DNA from: Eledone cirrhosa | Lineage: Eukaryota | Reading direction: 5' to 3' | NCBI GenBank assembly: GCA_964016885.1 | Contig: OZ024742.1 | Coordinates: forward strand, 57,536,001-57,600,000 | Length of the DNA stretch: 64,000 nt | In this document: positions 37,276 to 50,203 of the stretch, in pieces | Position numbering within the stretch: the first letter of the stretch is position 1 | Layout: each line of letters begins with the position of its first letter | The notes under the pieces: model-generated | The model's input: the letters and a program-made list of their open reading frames with translations, nothing else | The model's database searches: none | Told to the model about the DNA's origin: nothing | Translations under genes and position numbers: made by a program

Positions 37276-37414
37276 TATCAGCATTTGATGCCATTGTTGA
37301 GAATAAAGAAATGAAAGGATGGATAAAATAGCTAAACTTATGCACTTTTCATCTTGTATAAGTCTTCGCAACAGGTCAATATTGACTTGCTGCTTCACTA
37401 TTTTTTGTGGATAT

Positions 37415-37520
37415 AGCATAGCTGAATGATTAAGGAACTTGTTTCGAGGTCATTAGGTCCCGGGATCGATCCCACTGCCTAGCATTTTCGGCAAATGCGG
37501 TTTACCAAAGCTTAGGTTTG
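37415..37520 (+). mobile_element. SINE family B head
   Basis: TAGCTGAATGATTAAG..GGGATCGATCCCACTG. Confidence 0.6.
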
Positions 37521-38262
37521 TTGTAGTGTAGCGCTGTTAGGAAGAATTAGATATATTGTGTGGATTAAGATCGTAGTTGAAAGATCTCTGGTACGGTGGC
37601 TTTTATGTTATTTAACTGAGTAATTCTATTTTGCGTTGTATGTTTTTGACTGGTTTAAGCTTCTTGTATTTTGTTATTGAGTAGGGTTGTATAAGGAAAA
37701 CTAATATATATTGTATCATGCCTTTGATACTATGTGGACTAAAATTATAGTTGAAAGGACTTCGGTTTGAAGGGTGTCTTTGTTGTAGTGTATTTTGGCT
37801 AGTTTAGGCTAGTATTTTGTTGTTGGATAGGGTTGTGTAAAGAAAATTTATATATCAAAATGTTAAAACTCTTTGTGAAATATAGTGAGCTTTTTATAAC
37901 ATGATATTAGTGGAAAATGTTTCCAAAGTTCATCACGTGTCACCTAAAATCCCACAGCGTGTCACAACTGACAGACCTGTCATAGGTTCGCCTCACACAT
38001 CAAGAATTACATTAGACAAGGTTGAGTGGTTTAGATGTTGACTTAAATATAGAAAGATATACAAACATGTCTGTATATGTATTCAGTACATTTGTTCAAT
38101 TGTATAAGCAAAAATATATTTCTATATATTTATGTGTATGTGTATATGTCCGAGAGAGTCTTTCGTGTTAGTATGTTTGTCTGCATGTGTGTCTGTTTGT
38201 GTGTATGTGTGTGTATAATAAATATATTCATACATGCATATATATACAGGTATATATATATA

Positions 38263-38300
<38 letters not shown>

Positions 38301-38421
38301 TGTGCGTGTGTGTGTGTGTGTGTGTGTATGTTTGTGTGCATATAGACTTTTTTCTAACTATATTAAGCGTTAAACTAATACAACTGTTCTGTGTTGTTTT
38401 TCTTTGATCAATTTTCTATAC

Positions 38422-38510
<89 letters not shown>

Positions 38511-38513
<3 letters not shown>

Positions 38514-38593
38514 GGTGTCCAAAAAAGGAATGTATACACAATTTCAATTAGACTGCTTTTGAAGTGTGTATACATTGTTTTGGGGACACCCTG
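38511..38593. mobile_element. 83-bp Tc1/mariner-type MITE
   Basis: TA-CAGGGTGTCC.AAAAA..AATGTATACACA / TGTGTATACATT..TTTT.GGACACCCTG-TA. Confidence 0.85.
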
Positions 38594-38685
38594 TATAGGA
38601 GAAAGTGATTTTTTTTTTTATATACCACACGGGTAAAAGTATAGGAAAAGAAATCTTTCTAATGTCTGCAATTGCATTACTTCTT

Positions 38686-38734
<49 letters not shown>

Positions 38735-38741
38735 TGTATGA

Positions 38742-38850
38742 AGAAATTCAGGACCCCGACGGCTGAGCTTCGGCCGTTTCGACAGCTAGATCGGAACCGA
38801 GTACTCTGGTGGTTTATGGTCCACCTGGTATTTTACCACACCCTATCTGA
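38742..38850 (-). mobile_element. Family H copy with the fold-back collapsed
   Basis: One arm (CAGGACCCCGACGGCTGAGCT.CGGCCGTTTCGACAGCTAG) fused to the reverse-complemented head. Confidence 0.85.
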
Positions 38851-38946
38851 TATATATATATATGTGTGTGTGTATGTGTGTGTGGGGGGGGGTGTTCGCG
38901 TGTGTGTGTGCGTGTGTGTGTGTGCGTGTGTATATATGTGTGTGTA

Positions 38947-38981
<35 letters not shown>

Positions 38982-39162
38982 CTTTGATAACTTTGATAGG
39001 TTTCGGCCAGTATTGGCCCAGGCCATGTCTAACTTAATAGCACCACCTGGCTATACATATATAGATATATATATTATATATATCTATATATGTATATATA
39101 TATATATTATATATATTATATATATCTATATATGTATATATATATTATATATATATACATAT

Positions 39163-39194
<32 letters not shown>

Positions 39195-39397
39195 CGTGTG
39201 TATGCATATTCGTGTATATACATCGAAGTGTCATAGTTGCTGGAACGTCTGCAAAAATGCCTTGCAGTATTCGTTCTGTCTAGGATCTGAGTTCAAGTCA
39301 TCCCCAGGGTCATCTTTGCCTTATATATTTATGTGAGTATCTTTGTGTCATAGGCACCTAGATATACATCACAGGCATCCATAATATCAACAAGAGA

Positions 39398-39400
39398 TAG

Positions 39401-39495
<95 letters not shown>

Positions 39496-39564
39496 GGTGG
39501 TGGTGGTGGTGGTGGTGGTGGTGGTGGTGGTGGTGGTGATGGCGGCGGCGCCGGTAGTGGTGGC

Positions 39565-39609
<45 letters not shown>

Positions 39610-39666
39610 GGTGGTGGTGGTGGTGGTGGTGGTGGTGGCGGCGGCGGCGCCGGTAGTGGTGGCAGC

Positions 39667-39702
<36 letters not shown>

Positions 39703-39753
39703 GGTGGTGGTGGTGGTGGTGATGGTGATGGCGGCGGCGCCGGTAGTGGTGGC

Positions 39754-39805
<52 letters not shown>

Positions 39806-39962
39806 ATGGTGATGGTGATGGCGGTGGCGCCGGTAGTAGTAGTAGTAGTAGTAATGGTGGTGGTGGTGGTGGTGGTGGTGATGGTGATGGTGATGGCGGC
39901 GGCGCCGGTAGTGGTGGCAGCAGTAGTAGTAGTAGTAGTAGTAGTAGCAATAGCAGCAGCAC
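39398..39962. repeat. Compound (TAG)n/(TGG)n repeat with a recurring GGCGGCGCCGGTAGT node
   Basis: Direct reading; five nodes. Confidence 0.95.
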
Positions 39963-40530
39963 CAACAACGACAACACCAGCAGCGACTGTGCTTGTTTAC
40001 AGTGTAAAGTCTGCTAGCAATATTAACATAACGAAAGCCACTTTAAGATCTATAAAAACGACCGCAGAGCTTCTAGTGGTGTTATTGCCTGCAAGTGTAT
40101 GCACATATGTGCAGATATGTATTATATTTTTGAATGTATGTGCACACTTTCACCACCATGGTGTCTCTATATGCATGTTATGTCAGTGTAGGTGTATTAT
40201 GTACACCTCAAGATGTGTGTGTAAAATATAGTGAATATTTATGTATATGTGTGCCCATGCTAAAATTTATTGCGTATTCAGGTGTACGACTATATGCATG
40301 TGTGTGCATTCATGTGTGTAGGAATGCATTTGTGTATCAGTACATGCATGTGAGTGCATGCGTGTGTGAAGTCATGTTTGTCGCTACATGTTTATAAGTG
40401 CATGTGTGTGAGGACACACTTTTTTCTGTGTGTGTGTGTGTGTGTATAAGCATCTCTCTGATACTATGTCTATTTTCTGTTCTATTGCGTACACGCTGCA
40501 CTTTGTGCAGAGATAGAGAGAATGAGAGAC

Positions 40531-40610
<80 letters not shown>

Positions 40611-40984
40611 CCACGCTAATATGGGTGATACGAGTTGTCCTGTTGTGAGACAGCCAGGTCGGAGGATCGTATTTTACTCACATAGAACTGATTTTGGCTT
40701 GCTGTATACGGCTGAGTGCCTTTCCTAACGCCAACCACATTTATAGTGTGATACCTAGACGACCACGGTACAGTGTGGGCTGGACACTTTTTGTCGTGTC
40801 ACCAGCACAACTACTTTACAGTGTGAGGTGGGCGCTTATAGTCGTGGCTCCAGGGTGGTCGCTTTATGGTGTGGATTAGGGACTTGGGTGGGTGGTCTAT
40901 GGGAAATTGGAGAGTTAGATATAGAGGTGGGGTGATTACAACGCGGGAGGTGTATTGGAGAGAAAGTGGTGCATACTAGATATA

Positions 40985-42240
40985 TGCCTCAGCTCCTGCA
41001 TTCCGTATTATTGCATAGCGCCAGAGATCATGGTCCTGTGTCATCACCTTTGAGAGGTGCAATTGTGCAAAGTCAGTTTTTATCACCTCATCCCAAGTCT
41101 TCCTAGGCCTGCCCACTCCATAGCTTCCATCGACTTTGAACACCTTTTTATACAGCTGCCATCCTTCATACGAAACATATCCATACCAACACAATCTCCT
41201 CTCCTGCACACTGCATCTGATCCCTCTTGTGCCTAATTTCTCACGCAGTTCATTTATGCATGGAAGTTTCATTTGTTTCCAATCTTCGCAGGTCCTCTAC
41301 ATGCAGTGTCCAGTTCTCGCTACCGTGCAACATAGTTGTTCGTATACATGAATCATACAGTGTGCTTTCCATTTTGAAGAGAAAATCTTTTGTAGTTAGC
41401 AGCAGTAGTAACTCCCTGAACTTTCTCTAACCCGTTCTCTGGCTACTGTGCTTTCGGAATAACCTCCTCCCCTGATAATTTGGTCACCCAGGTAACAGAA
41501 ACTATCTTCTGAGCATTTGAAGGAGATTGTATCCTAAGAACCCTTGCTACTTACTATCCCTGTGTTCATTGTTAGTCTGTCTGAGATCCCACTACATCTT
41601 TTGTGTAACCATAGTTTGCATTTGGGACATAGGATGGGATTTCTACCTACTCCTTTTCTGTACACTGAGCAAGGCCATTTCCCTGGGGAGATCTGGGCCC
41701 TACTTCCCGTTCTACTTACTAGAACTTTAGTCTTTGCCGATTTGACTTTAAGACTTCTAGGCCATGCTTCCAGGTTTGGAATTTCTTCTCTAATTCAGCC
41801 ATAGATTCAGCTATAAGGGTTAGGTCCTCTTCATACAGGACTTCCTATGGACAGGCTGCCTTAAACTCCTCATTATACCCCACAGGATGATATTAACAGG
41901 AGAGGGCTAAGAACTGAACCATGATGGACCCCAATCTTAGTACAAGTCTAGGTTTAATTATTCTGTCGTTTACTCTATTTACAGCAATAACTTTATCTAC
42001 CCATTTTTCTGCACCCAAAATCCCTATTCCAACCAGCCCATCGTCATTTCCCACCCAGAAAAAATTGTGACATTCCCCTGCATCTAGTCTCTTGTACACA
42101 GCCCACGTCAATTTTCATTCGTTAAAGAATCTCTACAAGTACTCCAGATCTTACTTTCAGCGTGACTGCGTTGATGGTGCCAGCTCTGAAATTATGGAGT
42201 TCAGCGGAAGAGTGGGAGAGGGAGGACGAAAACTTGGTAG
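40985..42240 (-). pseudogene. Internally deleted, decayed RTE LINE
   Basis: APE fragment FFWVGNDDGLVGIGIL..KWVDKVIAVNRVNDRII; C-terminal ERRLCWYGYV..GRPRKTWDEV. Confidence 0.85.
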
Positions 42241-42358
42241 GGTGTGTGAAAATGAGTTGGTATTGGTTTTCCATGTCTGAAATAAAGAAGAGCGTGTGCA
42301 TGGTCGTCCAGAGAAGGCTGGTGAGTTTATATTCATCTACATCTATATCTATATCTCT

Positions 42359-42450
<92 letters not shown>

Positions 42451-42824
42451 AGAGATATAGATATAGATGAATATATCATATATATATATATATATAAGAA
42501 TAAGAATGGGCGAAACAAACAGATAGATAGGTAGATAGGTAGAGAGAGAGGAAGGAAACAGCGTGTATGCATTAATATGATGGTGATGAGATGTTAGCAT
42601 TATAGAAGACCAAACTAAACAGAGTATGTAAATGTTATGTGAAGTCTTCGGTGTGAGTTCAAATTAACCAATCGTCAGATTTACCTTTCATCTATGCTGA
42701 GCCAATAAAACAAGTATAAGCAATATTCTGGAATCGATTCAATCGATCGTCTGTTCTTTCATATAAATATTGGCGCGGAGCCTATGTAAAAGAAATGAAT
42801 ATTACTTGTGTAATATTGTTGAAT

Positions 42825-43410
42825 GGACGCAGCATGACTGAATGATTAAGGAATTCGCTTCAAAATCATAAAGTCGTGGGTTCGATCCCTCGTCGTAGCA
42901 TCTTGGGTAAGTGGGGAGTTAGGGGGTTACAACAGCCTCAGGTCGACTCATTCTGGCTGAGTGAAACTGGGTAGACAGAAACTGTTTGGAAGCCCGTCAG
43001 ATAGATGGACTGTACCTGTAATTCAAAGAGCTAGCCTTGTTACACACTATTTCACGTTGAATTTTCTTGTGAATTGCGTTAAGGAAATATGTGTCTGTGG
43101 AATGCTCAGTCACTTCCACTATAATAGAAGAATGACTGTACTGTAATTCAAAGGACCAAACTTGTCACACAACGCGTCATGCTGAATCTCCCTGGGTACA
43201 CTTGTCTACGAAGTGCTCAGTCATTTACACTATAATACAAGATGCCCTGTACCTGTAATTCAAAGGGGCAAACTTGTCACACACTGTGTCATGCTGAATT
43301 ACGTCATGTGTGCACATGTCTGAGGAATGCTCAGCCACTTACACATTAATATTATAAACAGGCTGCTGAACAACTGGAACACTCATCTTCGAAATCGGCG
43401 GAGATCCATT
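42825..43410 (+). mobile_element. SINE family B with an internal triplication
   Basis: B-box GGTTCGATCCC; CTGTAATTCAAAG..CTTGT.ACAC..CA.G.TGAAT..TGCTCAG.CA.TT occurs three times (about 43016, 43141, 43253). Confidence 0.85.
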
Positions 43411-43956
43411 CTAAACTTGTCAAATCTTGTAGCAGCTTTTTAGTTATCGTAGTTTTAAATTTATAGATTCAAATTAAATTTAAAATTAAAATTGAACATC
43501 AACGTTATACGTTGATGTTCATCAATATCTGAATATTTTTTCTAATAATAAATTAACTTTTTCATATGTTAATGGAAATTGTCAAAAGTCATATGCAATA
43601 TAGTTAATTTAAATAACGTTACGCTAACTACGAATGAAGCTTAAAATGTGTATCTCATTAATTCTTTATTTGAAAAACATAATTTTTTATGTTGAGAACA
43701 TATTAATTTTGTTGTAAAGTAATTTCGGGGTTAAATTTTCAAGTTGATTATAAGATATTTCAGCGAAACAGTATATATTATGTTGATTTCTAAATTGACA
43801 CAAGTTCCTAAATTGTGTGGAAGAAAATTATTAAATCGACCTGAGTACTTAACTGATATTTTATTAGTCTGTCTACCTATCTATCTATCAGTCTGTCTAT
43901 CTGTTCCATCTTTCTCATTCTCATATACATTTTGGACGTGAGTCTACATGTAAAAA

Positions 43957-44052
43957 CACATATCTGAGGAGCTTTCGATTCCAGCGTCAGGAACGAACAT
44001 AATCGATCGTTCCTCAAGCTGATCGGCAGTGAAACAACATATGCAATATGTG
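43957..44052 (+). ncRNA. Type I hammerhead with a long stem II and U16.1>C
   Basis: CACATAT-CTGAGGA-GCT..CAGC..AGGAACGA/TCGTTCCT..GCTG..AGT-GAAA-CA..TG-CA-ATATGTG; then ATTAAA and (TA)n. Confidence 0.8.
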
Positions 44053-44264
44053 ATTAAATATGTATATGATGCAACACTGATTCTTATATATATATATATA
44101 TATAATATTAGTTGATGGTATAGAAAGCGGGAGTTTGTAATAAAATCAATTGTTGAGGAAATTGCTATCCTTGTCCGCCATAAGGAGGCGAATTAGCCGT
44201 GTTGTCGAATTGAAAGTCTTATGGTATATGGTGATGTGATATATGTTGTGGATGCTGTTGGGCC

Positions 44265-44625
44265 TCCGTCCGTTCCGAAGGCGAGTTTTGTACTTGTTCG
44301 TACAACAGAACAGCCTTCTCGTGAAATTAAGGTAACTGCGCGTCCCTCAGACACCTACACGTTTAACGTAGTTCTCAGTTTCTACTTCTTCTTCCCGTCG
44401 TGAGGGTAGAGTCCTTAGAAACGCCTTCTAGAGGATCTTAACAGAAGCAACCGCCTCTCTAAATGATCAGGCTGGATCCCCAAGCAAGACCAACCGAATT
44501 TATGAATGCTATCCAATCATCTTACTCGTGGTCTACTTCAGTGTCTCCTGTGACATGGATCGCCGGAATTCGAACTCACAACGATAATATTGTAAGCTGA
44601 ACATCCTAGCCTTTAAGCCAATTCA
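44265..44625 (-). mobile_element. SINE, reverse copy
   Basis: GGAATTCGAACTCACAAC reverse B-box; body related to 52330-52680. Confidence 0.6.
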
Positions 44626-45244
44626 TCAGATGCTGTTGCACACGTATTTATATTTACTTTCATAAATATACTTTGAACAATGTTTTTTCCACAAATATAC
44701 TTTAAACAATGTTTTTTTCTTCTACATCATAAGTGATTCATGTAATGGCGCATGGCTTAATAGTTATGATGTTCATCTCACAACTGCAACGTTATGAGTC
44801 CGATTCCTGGCGGTACGTTGTGATACTACTGTCACTTACGGCGACGCTTCACACCGAGTCTAAGCAAGGAACGGAAACCTGTTGATAACGTGAGTCTGCG
44901 TTTCGGTCTTCAAATGGCACAAGCTTGCATATTGCTCAAGTTGGATTGTTGATTTTGGATTTTCACAGAAACCAATCGAGGATATTGTATAGTATCCTTC
45001 GATGCGGTCCAGGTTTGTTATTTAACCTAAATGTATTTTCGTTTGTGTGGTGGCTTCTGTGGCTTTGTCCCCTTAACCACAGTTTTCAATTTGTCACGCT
45101 ATTTAACATATGTTTATTACTCTAAGATGTAACTTATCGATTTATCGATATCTTTTTATTGAGTACTTCGTGCAAAGCTCCGAATATTGTTTATTTCGTT
45201 GATGCTGGCCGAGCGCTGCAACTTGAAATTTACTAACTTCCACT

Positions 45245-45322
<78 letters not shown>

Positions 45323-45328
<6 letters not shown>

Positions 45329-45983
45329 GAGAAATTAATGTGAGCAGGAAGCCAACAGTAATTCATACATATAAGTGACTATTACGTCAAGATGGAAAAT
45401 ATTTAACGTAAGATATGGGAAAATAATTCAATCCCAATTCAAAAAAAGTCAAGACAGAAATTTTATCCACAGATTTTGTGTAATCCAGGGAAAAAAACCA
45501 ATAGAATCTTAACTCAGAATAAAATTAAGAGTCAATACTTATCCTTCAATTTGGAAAAATCTACAAATGCTCTATATAGTCTTAAAAAGACTATTTCACG
45601 AAACTTTTCAGTGTGGTTAGTCACGGTTGGAACCGTTCATCAGTAGAGCTCAACACGATAAACAAAAATCCACTGCTTAAATATGCCAGAAGGGAATTTA
45701 AAAGCAGGCTAGTTACACCTCGTGTGGAATTAAGATAATAAACACACATGGAGAACAGGGATAGTGACGTCAGAATGAGAAGAATGACTGTTTACAAGAA
45801 ACAGCAGTCAAAACATTCCGAAAAAAATCAACAAAAGATATGGAGTTCAGCATAAAGCAATATTATCGCGGTTTTTTTTTTTAAACCGGGATTAGTCACA
45901 AATAATTTAAAGCACTCTAGGAAAAATTCCGAGTATAAATATAAATGAAAATAGAGAAATTAATGTGAGCAAGCAGCCAACAG

Positions 45984-45987
<4 letters not shown>
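45323..45987 (-). mobile_element. Retrozyme-like or solo Penelope-pLTR-like unit: 625 bp plus a 40-bp terminal direct repeat, in (TA)n
   Basis: AAAATAGAGAAATTAATGTGAGCA.G.AGCCAACAGTAAT at 45323 and 45948; internal hammerhead; no ORF. Confidence 0.8.
45569..45649 (-). ncRNA. Canonical type I hammerhead ribozyme
   Basis: GCTCTA-CTGATGA-ACGG...TCGT-GAAA-TAGTCTT-TTT-AAGACTA-TA-TAGAGC; full core and three stems; AUA cleavage triplet. Confidence 0.9.
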
Positions 45988-46017
<30 letters not shown>

Positions 46018-46216
46018 TTAAGGATACTATTTATGGTTATGTATATACTAAAACCTTTTATAGTTATATATATTTTAAATCCTAAATAGTAAAAGACAGT
46101 AATTCATTACTATCTTATTACCAGTAAGATAAATAGCTCAATGTAACAACATCAGTTGTTTTACAGAGCAGTTATATAGAAATTACATGAATCAAAGTTC
46201 AGTTTAAATCATTTAT

Positions 46217-46265
46217 TTGCTTACAATTGTTTCCTCCAAACCGAGGTTTGGATTCTTCGGAGCAA
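46217..46265 (-). ncRNA. Hammerhead-like motif in the left pLTR
   Basis: Reverse complement of 48473-48521. Confidence 0.7.
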
Positions 46266-48472
46266 TTATTTAGTGATTTTTTACATACTTGACCTCCATT
46301 TCAACACAAGAGACATATAGAAACATATGTATATATTGACTCACAGTGGGTTGACATCCATCATAATAATATAGCATGGCAATTTACATACAAAGATTAC
46401 AGTCATATTAAAGGACAAAATTAAAGTTAAAATTAAAATTAAAATAAAAATAAAACATTGGCAGTTTATGAAGATAAAGCAAGAGGAAAGTTTGGAGTAG
46501 CCAGTGTATGCAACAGTCTCACGTGTGGCATGCACGCGTGTCCTATTTATACAAGATTATAGTGCAGCAGATTGTTACATGTAAAACAAGCAGTCAAAGC
46601 AGGCAATCAATAGCATCATGGGGGCTGTACTGTTAAAGCATTTTTCACACACACCTGTACGATATAGAAGCCCGTGTGTAGAGAAACACCAAAAATATCA
46701 AAAATATTACAAATGAGAAGCAAAACAGCACCACTGTCCTCGCACACACCACCACTCACACAATCCAGGAAACGCAATTTATAGACTACATGTCCATCAC
46801 ACAATCCACGATGATTCAACATTGGGTGCCTGGTGAACCATGTTAGAAATCATAGCTTGTCGTTCTCTATTCGATTCTATAGAGCAGGTTGTTTTTGTTG
46901 TGAGAGTTGACATCGTATTATATTCCGGAAGTGTGTGTGTGATTAAGGGGAGTTAATGCGTAAGGGGAGGTAACTATCTGATTTCCATAGTTAAATTTAT
47001 TATCCTAAAGTACATTAATGGTGTTTCAAATGAGTCCTTATCATATAAGGTTATAAACAATTTCTAAATTTAAGTATCTTATCTATAAATTACAGTGTAG
47101 TCTATCAAGAAGTACTAAAGGTGTTCATATTAGGATGATTACCTTCTATCATGGAGTGCCACAACCGAACATTCTACATGAAGGGTCAGACCTCCAAATC
47201 AATGATCTTTGTAAGTGTAGTCTACCCGCAGAACCTGGCAGGGTCTTATTAGAATCACTTCTATATATGACTCCTGGTAAAGCTCTGGGTCATTGTATGT
47301 CTGAATGCATGGCAAAGTTAAATATCACCAGGGTGGTCCAGAGATCAATTCTCTCATACAAATACACTAATCTGACCATCAAGCTATACATATACCTATA
47401 ACTCATACATCACCTGTACATAATTCATTGCACTCAGCATATAGATTATATAGCTCTTTTATGTTAATAAATTAATTACTTAATCTTCTATTTGTCCAAT
47501 GGTGGCACTCCATGCACAGGACAATGTTAGCACAACCAATTCAGTGCTTACAGTTTACATTAATTATATATTGGTGCAATGTAGTCCAAGTAATTTAAGG
47601 CCAATATACCAAAAGTAGAAGTACATGGGGATATCTCTAGAGTAAAAGGTACTATGAGGGTGTCACTATTTGCGTTAAAGTGGATTAATGGGTGTGGAGA
47701 TGAGGTGTAAGGTGTGCCCCTGATGTTAGTTGCTAGATGTGGTGACGGGTTCAAGTCTGACATTGTTATATATTGGGTTTAAAGTTTTGGAAGGAGTGTC
47801 GGAAGCGGTGTTGGCAAGACGCGAACACTTCTGATTTTTTATTAAGGAGGTTATGGTTTGAGAAGATGATAGTATGGGTCTCTAGTAGACAGAGGTTACA
47901 AAATGTTGTAACATGGTTACACCAGGCACCCAATGTTGAATCATCGTGGATTGTATGATGGACATGTAGTCTATAAATTGCGTTTCCTGGATTGTGTGAG
48001 TGGTGGTGTGTGCGAGGACAGTGGTGCTGTTTTGCTTCTCATTTGTAATATTTTTGATATTTTTGGTGTTTCTCTACACACGGGCTTCTATATCGTACAG
48101 GTGTGTGTGAAAAATGCTTTAACAGTACAGCCCCCATGATGCTATTGATTGCCTGCTTTGACTGCTTGTTTTACATGTAACAATCTGCTGCACTATAATC
48201 TTGTATAAATAGGACACGCGTGCATGCCACACGTGAGACTGTTGCATACACTGGCTACTCCAAACTTTCCTCTTGCTTTATCTTCATAAACTGCCAATGT
48301 TTTATTTTTATTTTTATTTTTGTTCTTTAATATGACTGTAATCTTTGTATGTAAATTGCCATGCTATATTATTATGATGGATGTCAACCCACTGTGAGTC
48401 AATATATACATATGTTTCTATATGTCTCTTGTGTTGAAATGGAGGTCAAGTATGTAAAAAATCACTAAATAA

Positions 48473-48521
48473 TTGCTCCGAAGAATCCAAACCTCGGTTT
48501 GGAGGAAACAATTGTAAGCAA
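48473..48521 (+). ncRNA. Hammerhead-like motif in the right pLTR (variant core CCGAAGA)
   Basis: TTGCT-CCGAAGA-A-TCCAAACC/GGTTTGGA-G-GAAA-CAATTG-TA-AGCAA, then AATAAA. Confidence 0.7.
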
Positions 48522-48554
48522 ATAAATGATTTAAACTGAACTTTGATTCATGTA

Positions 48555-48916
<362 letters not shown>

Positions 48917-49202
48917 CAGTAGTTTCATTTTACCTGAGTGGTCATCTGTAGTTTTTCGATTTCAAATGGCATTTATGACATAAGTAGGTTTTGTAACTCT
49001 ATCTTCGTCTCAACTGTACAACAATGGTAAATGCCACGTTATTCTTTACTTTGGAATATTTAATGCATCTTTAAGAGGAGAAATGTCAGCGCAATAAAAC
49101 TACCAGATACAAGTAATTACAGATAATAATCCATGTTAAAGTCAAGAATTTTACTAATTCTGAATGTGACATATGTAAAACATGATAAACCTATGTATTA
49201 TG

Positions 49203-49300
<98 letters not shown>

Positions 49301-49365
49301 CGTTTCTATGTGACGTTTATATACACTCACACATACTAAAATAGAGTCGGTATACTTTCGTATAC

Positions 49366-49505
<140 letters not shown>

Positions 49506-49597
49506 CGCGTGCGTGTGTGCATAGTTCAAGGAGACAACAAACAGAGGTACAAAATGTCTTATTAGTTTCACGCTTTGTATTGGAAAGAGGAGAAGAA

Positions 49598-49635
49598 AGC
49601 TCGACGTGTCGGGCTCAATCCCTTCTTCAGTAGTA
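49598..49635 (-). ncRNA. Decayed Penelope-type hammerhead motif
   Basis: CTGAAGAAGGG-ATTGAG-CCC-GACACGTCGA; the expected GAAA reads GACA. Confidence 0.5.
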
Positions 49636-49745
49636 CAAACTAGAGACAGGATCACAATAGAGAAACAGAAAAAAGATCCGAGTAAAGACAAAAAAGAATC
49701 GAAAAGAAGATTGAAAATAAGACCATTAGTCTTATAAGGGAAGGC

Positions 49746-50030
49746 ACGAGAGTCGGATTCACAATGTTGAGGTTGTGAGTTCGATTCCCGGACCGGGTGA
49801 TGTGTTGTGACCTCGAGCAAGACATTATTTCACGTTACTCCAGTTCATTCAGCTGTAGAAATGTGTTGCAATGTTGCAATGTTACTGGTTCCAACCTGTA
49901 TTGGGGAACCCAGCATGGACGAATGCTTGTCTTCCACAAAAACACCTTGCCGGGCTTATACCTCGGAAGGAAACTTTCTAGGTGCAAATCACAAGGTCAT
50001 TCCTGACTGAAGTGGGGTCTTTACCATTCA
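49746..50030 (+). mobile_element. SINE family A
   Basis: GAGTTCGATTCCC B-box; body homologous to 431-738. Confidence 0.8.
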
Positions 50031-50041
50031 TATATATATAT

Positions 50042-50203
<162 letters not shown>

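Larger units (their letters stand above)
46014..48565. mobile_element. Penelope-like element with inverted pseudo-LTRs (46173-46845 / 47909-48565) in (TA)n
   Basis: ~660-bp near-identical inverted arms, each with a hammerhead-like motif and AATAAA; central LYMTPGKALGHCMSEC resembles the GIY-YIG YIGETGR.L..RM.EH motif. Confidence 0.8.

Noticed and set aside
46616-48139. Identical 68-aa ORFs on opposite strands
   Set aside because: A by-product of the inverted pLTRs; non-ATG start and no domain.
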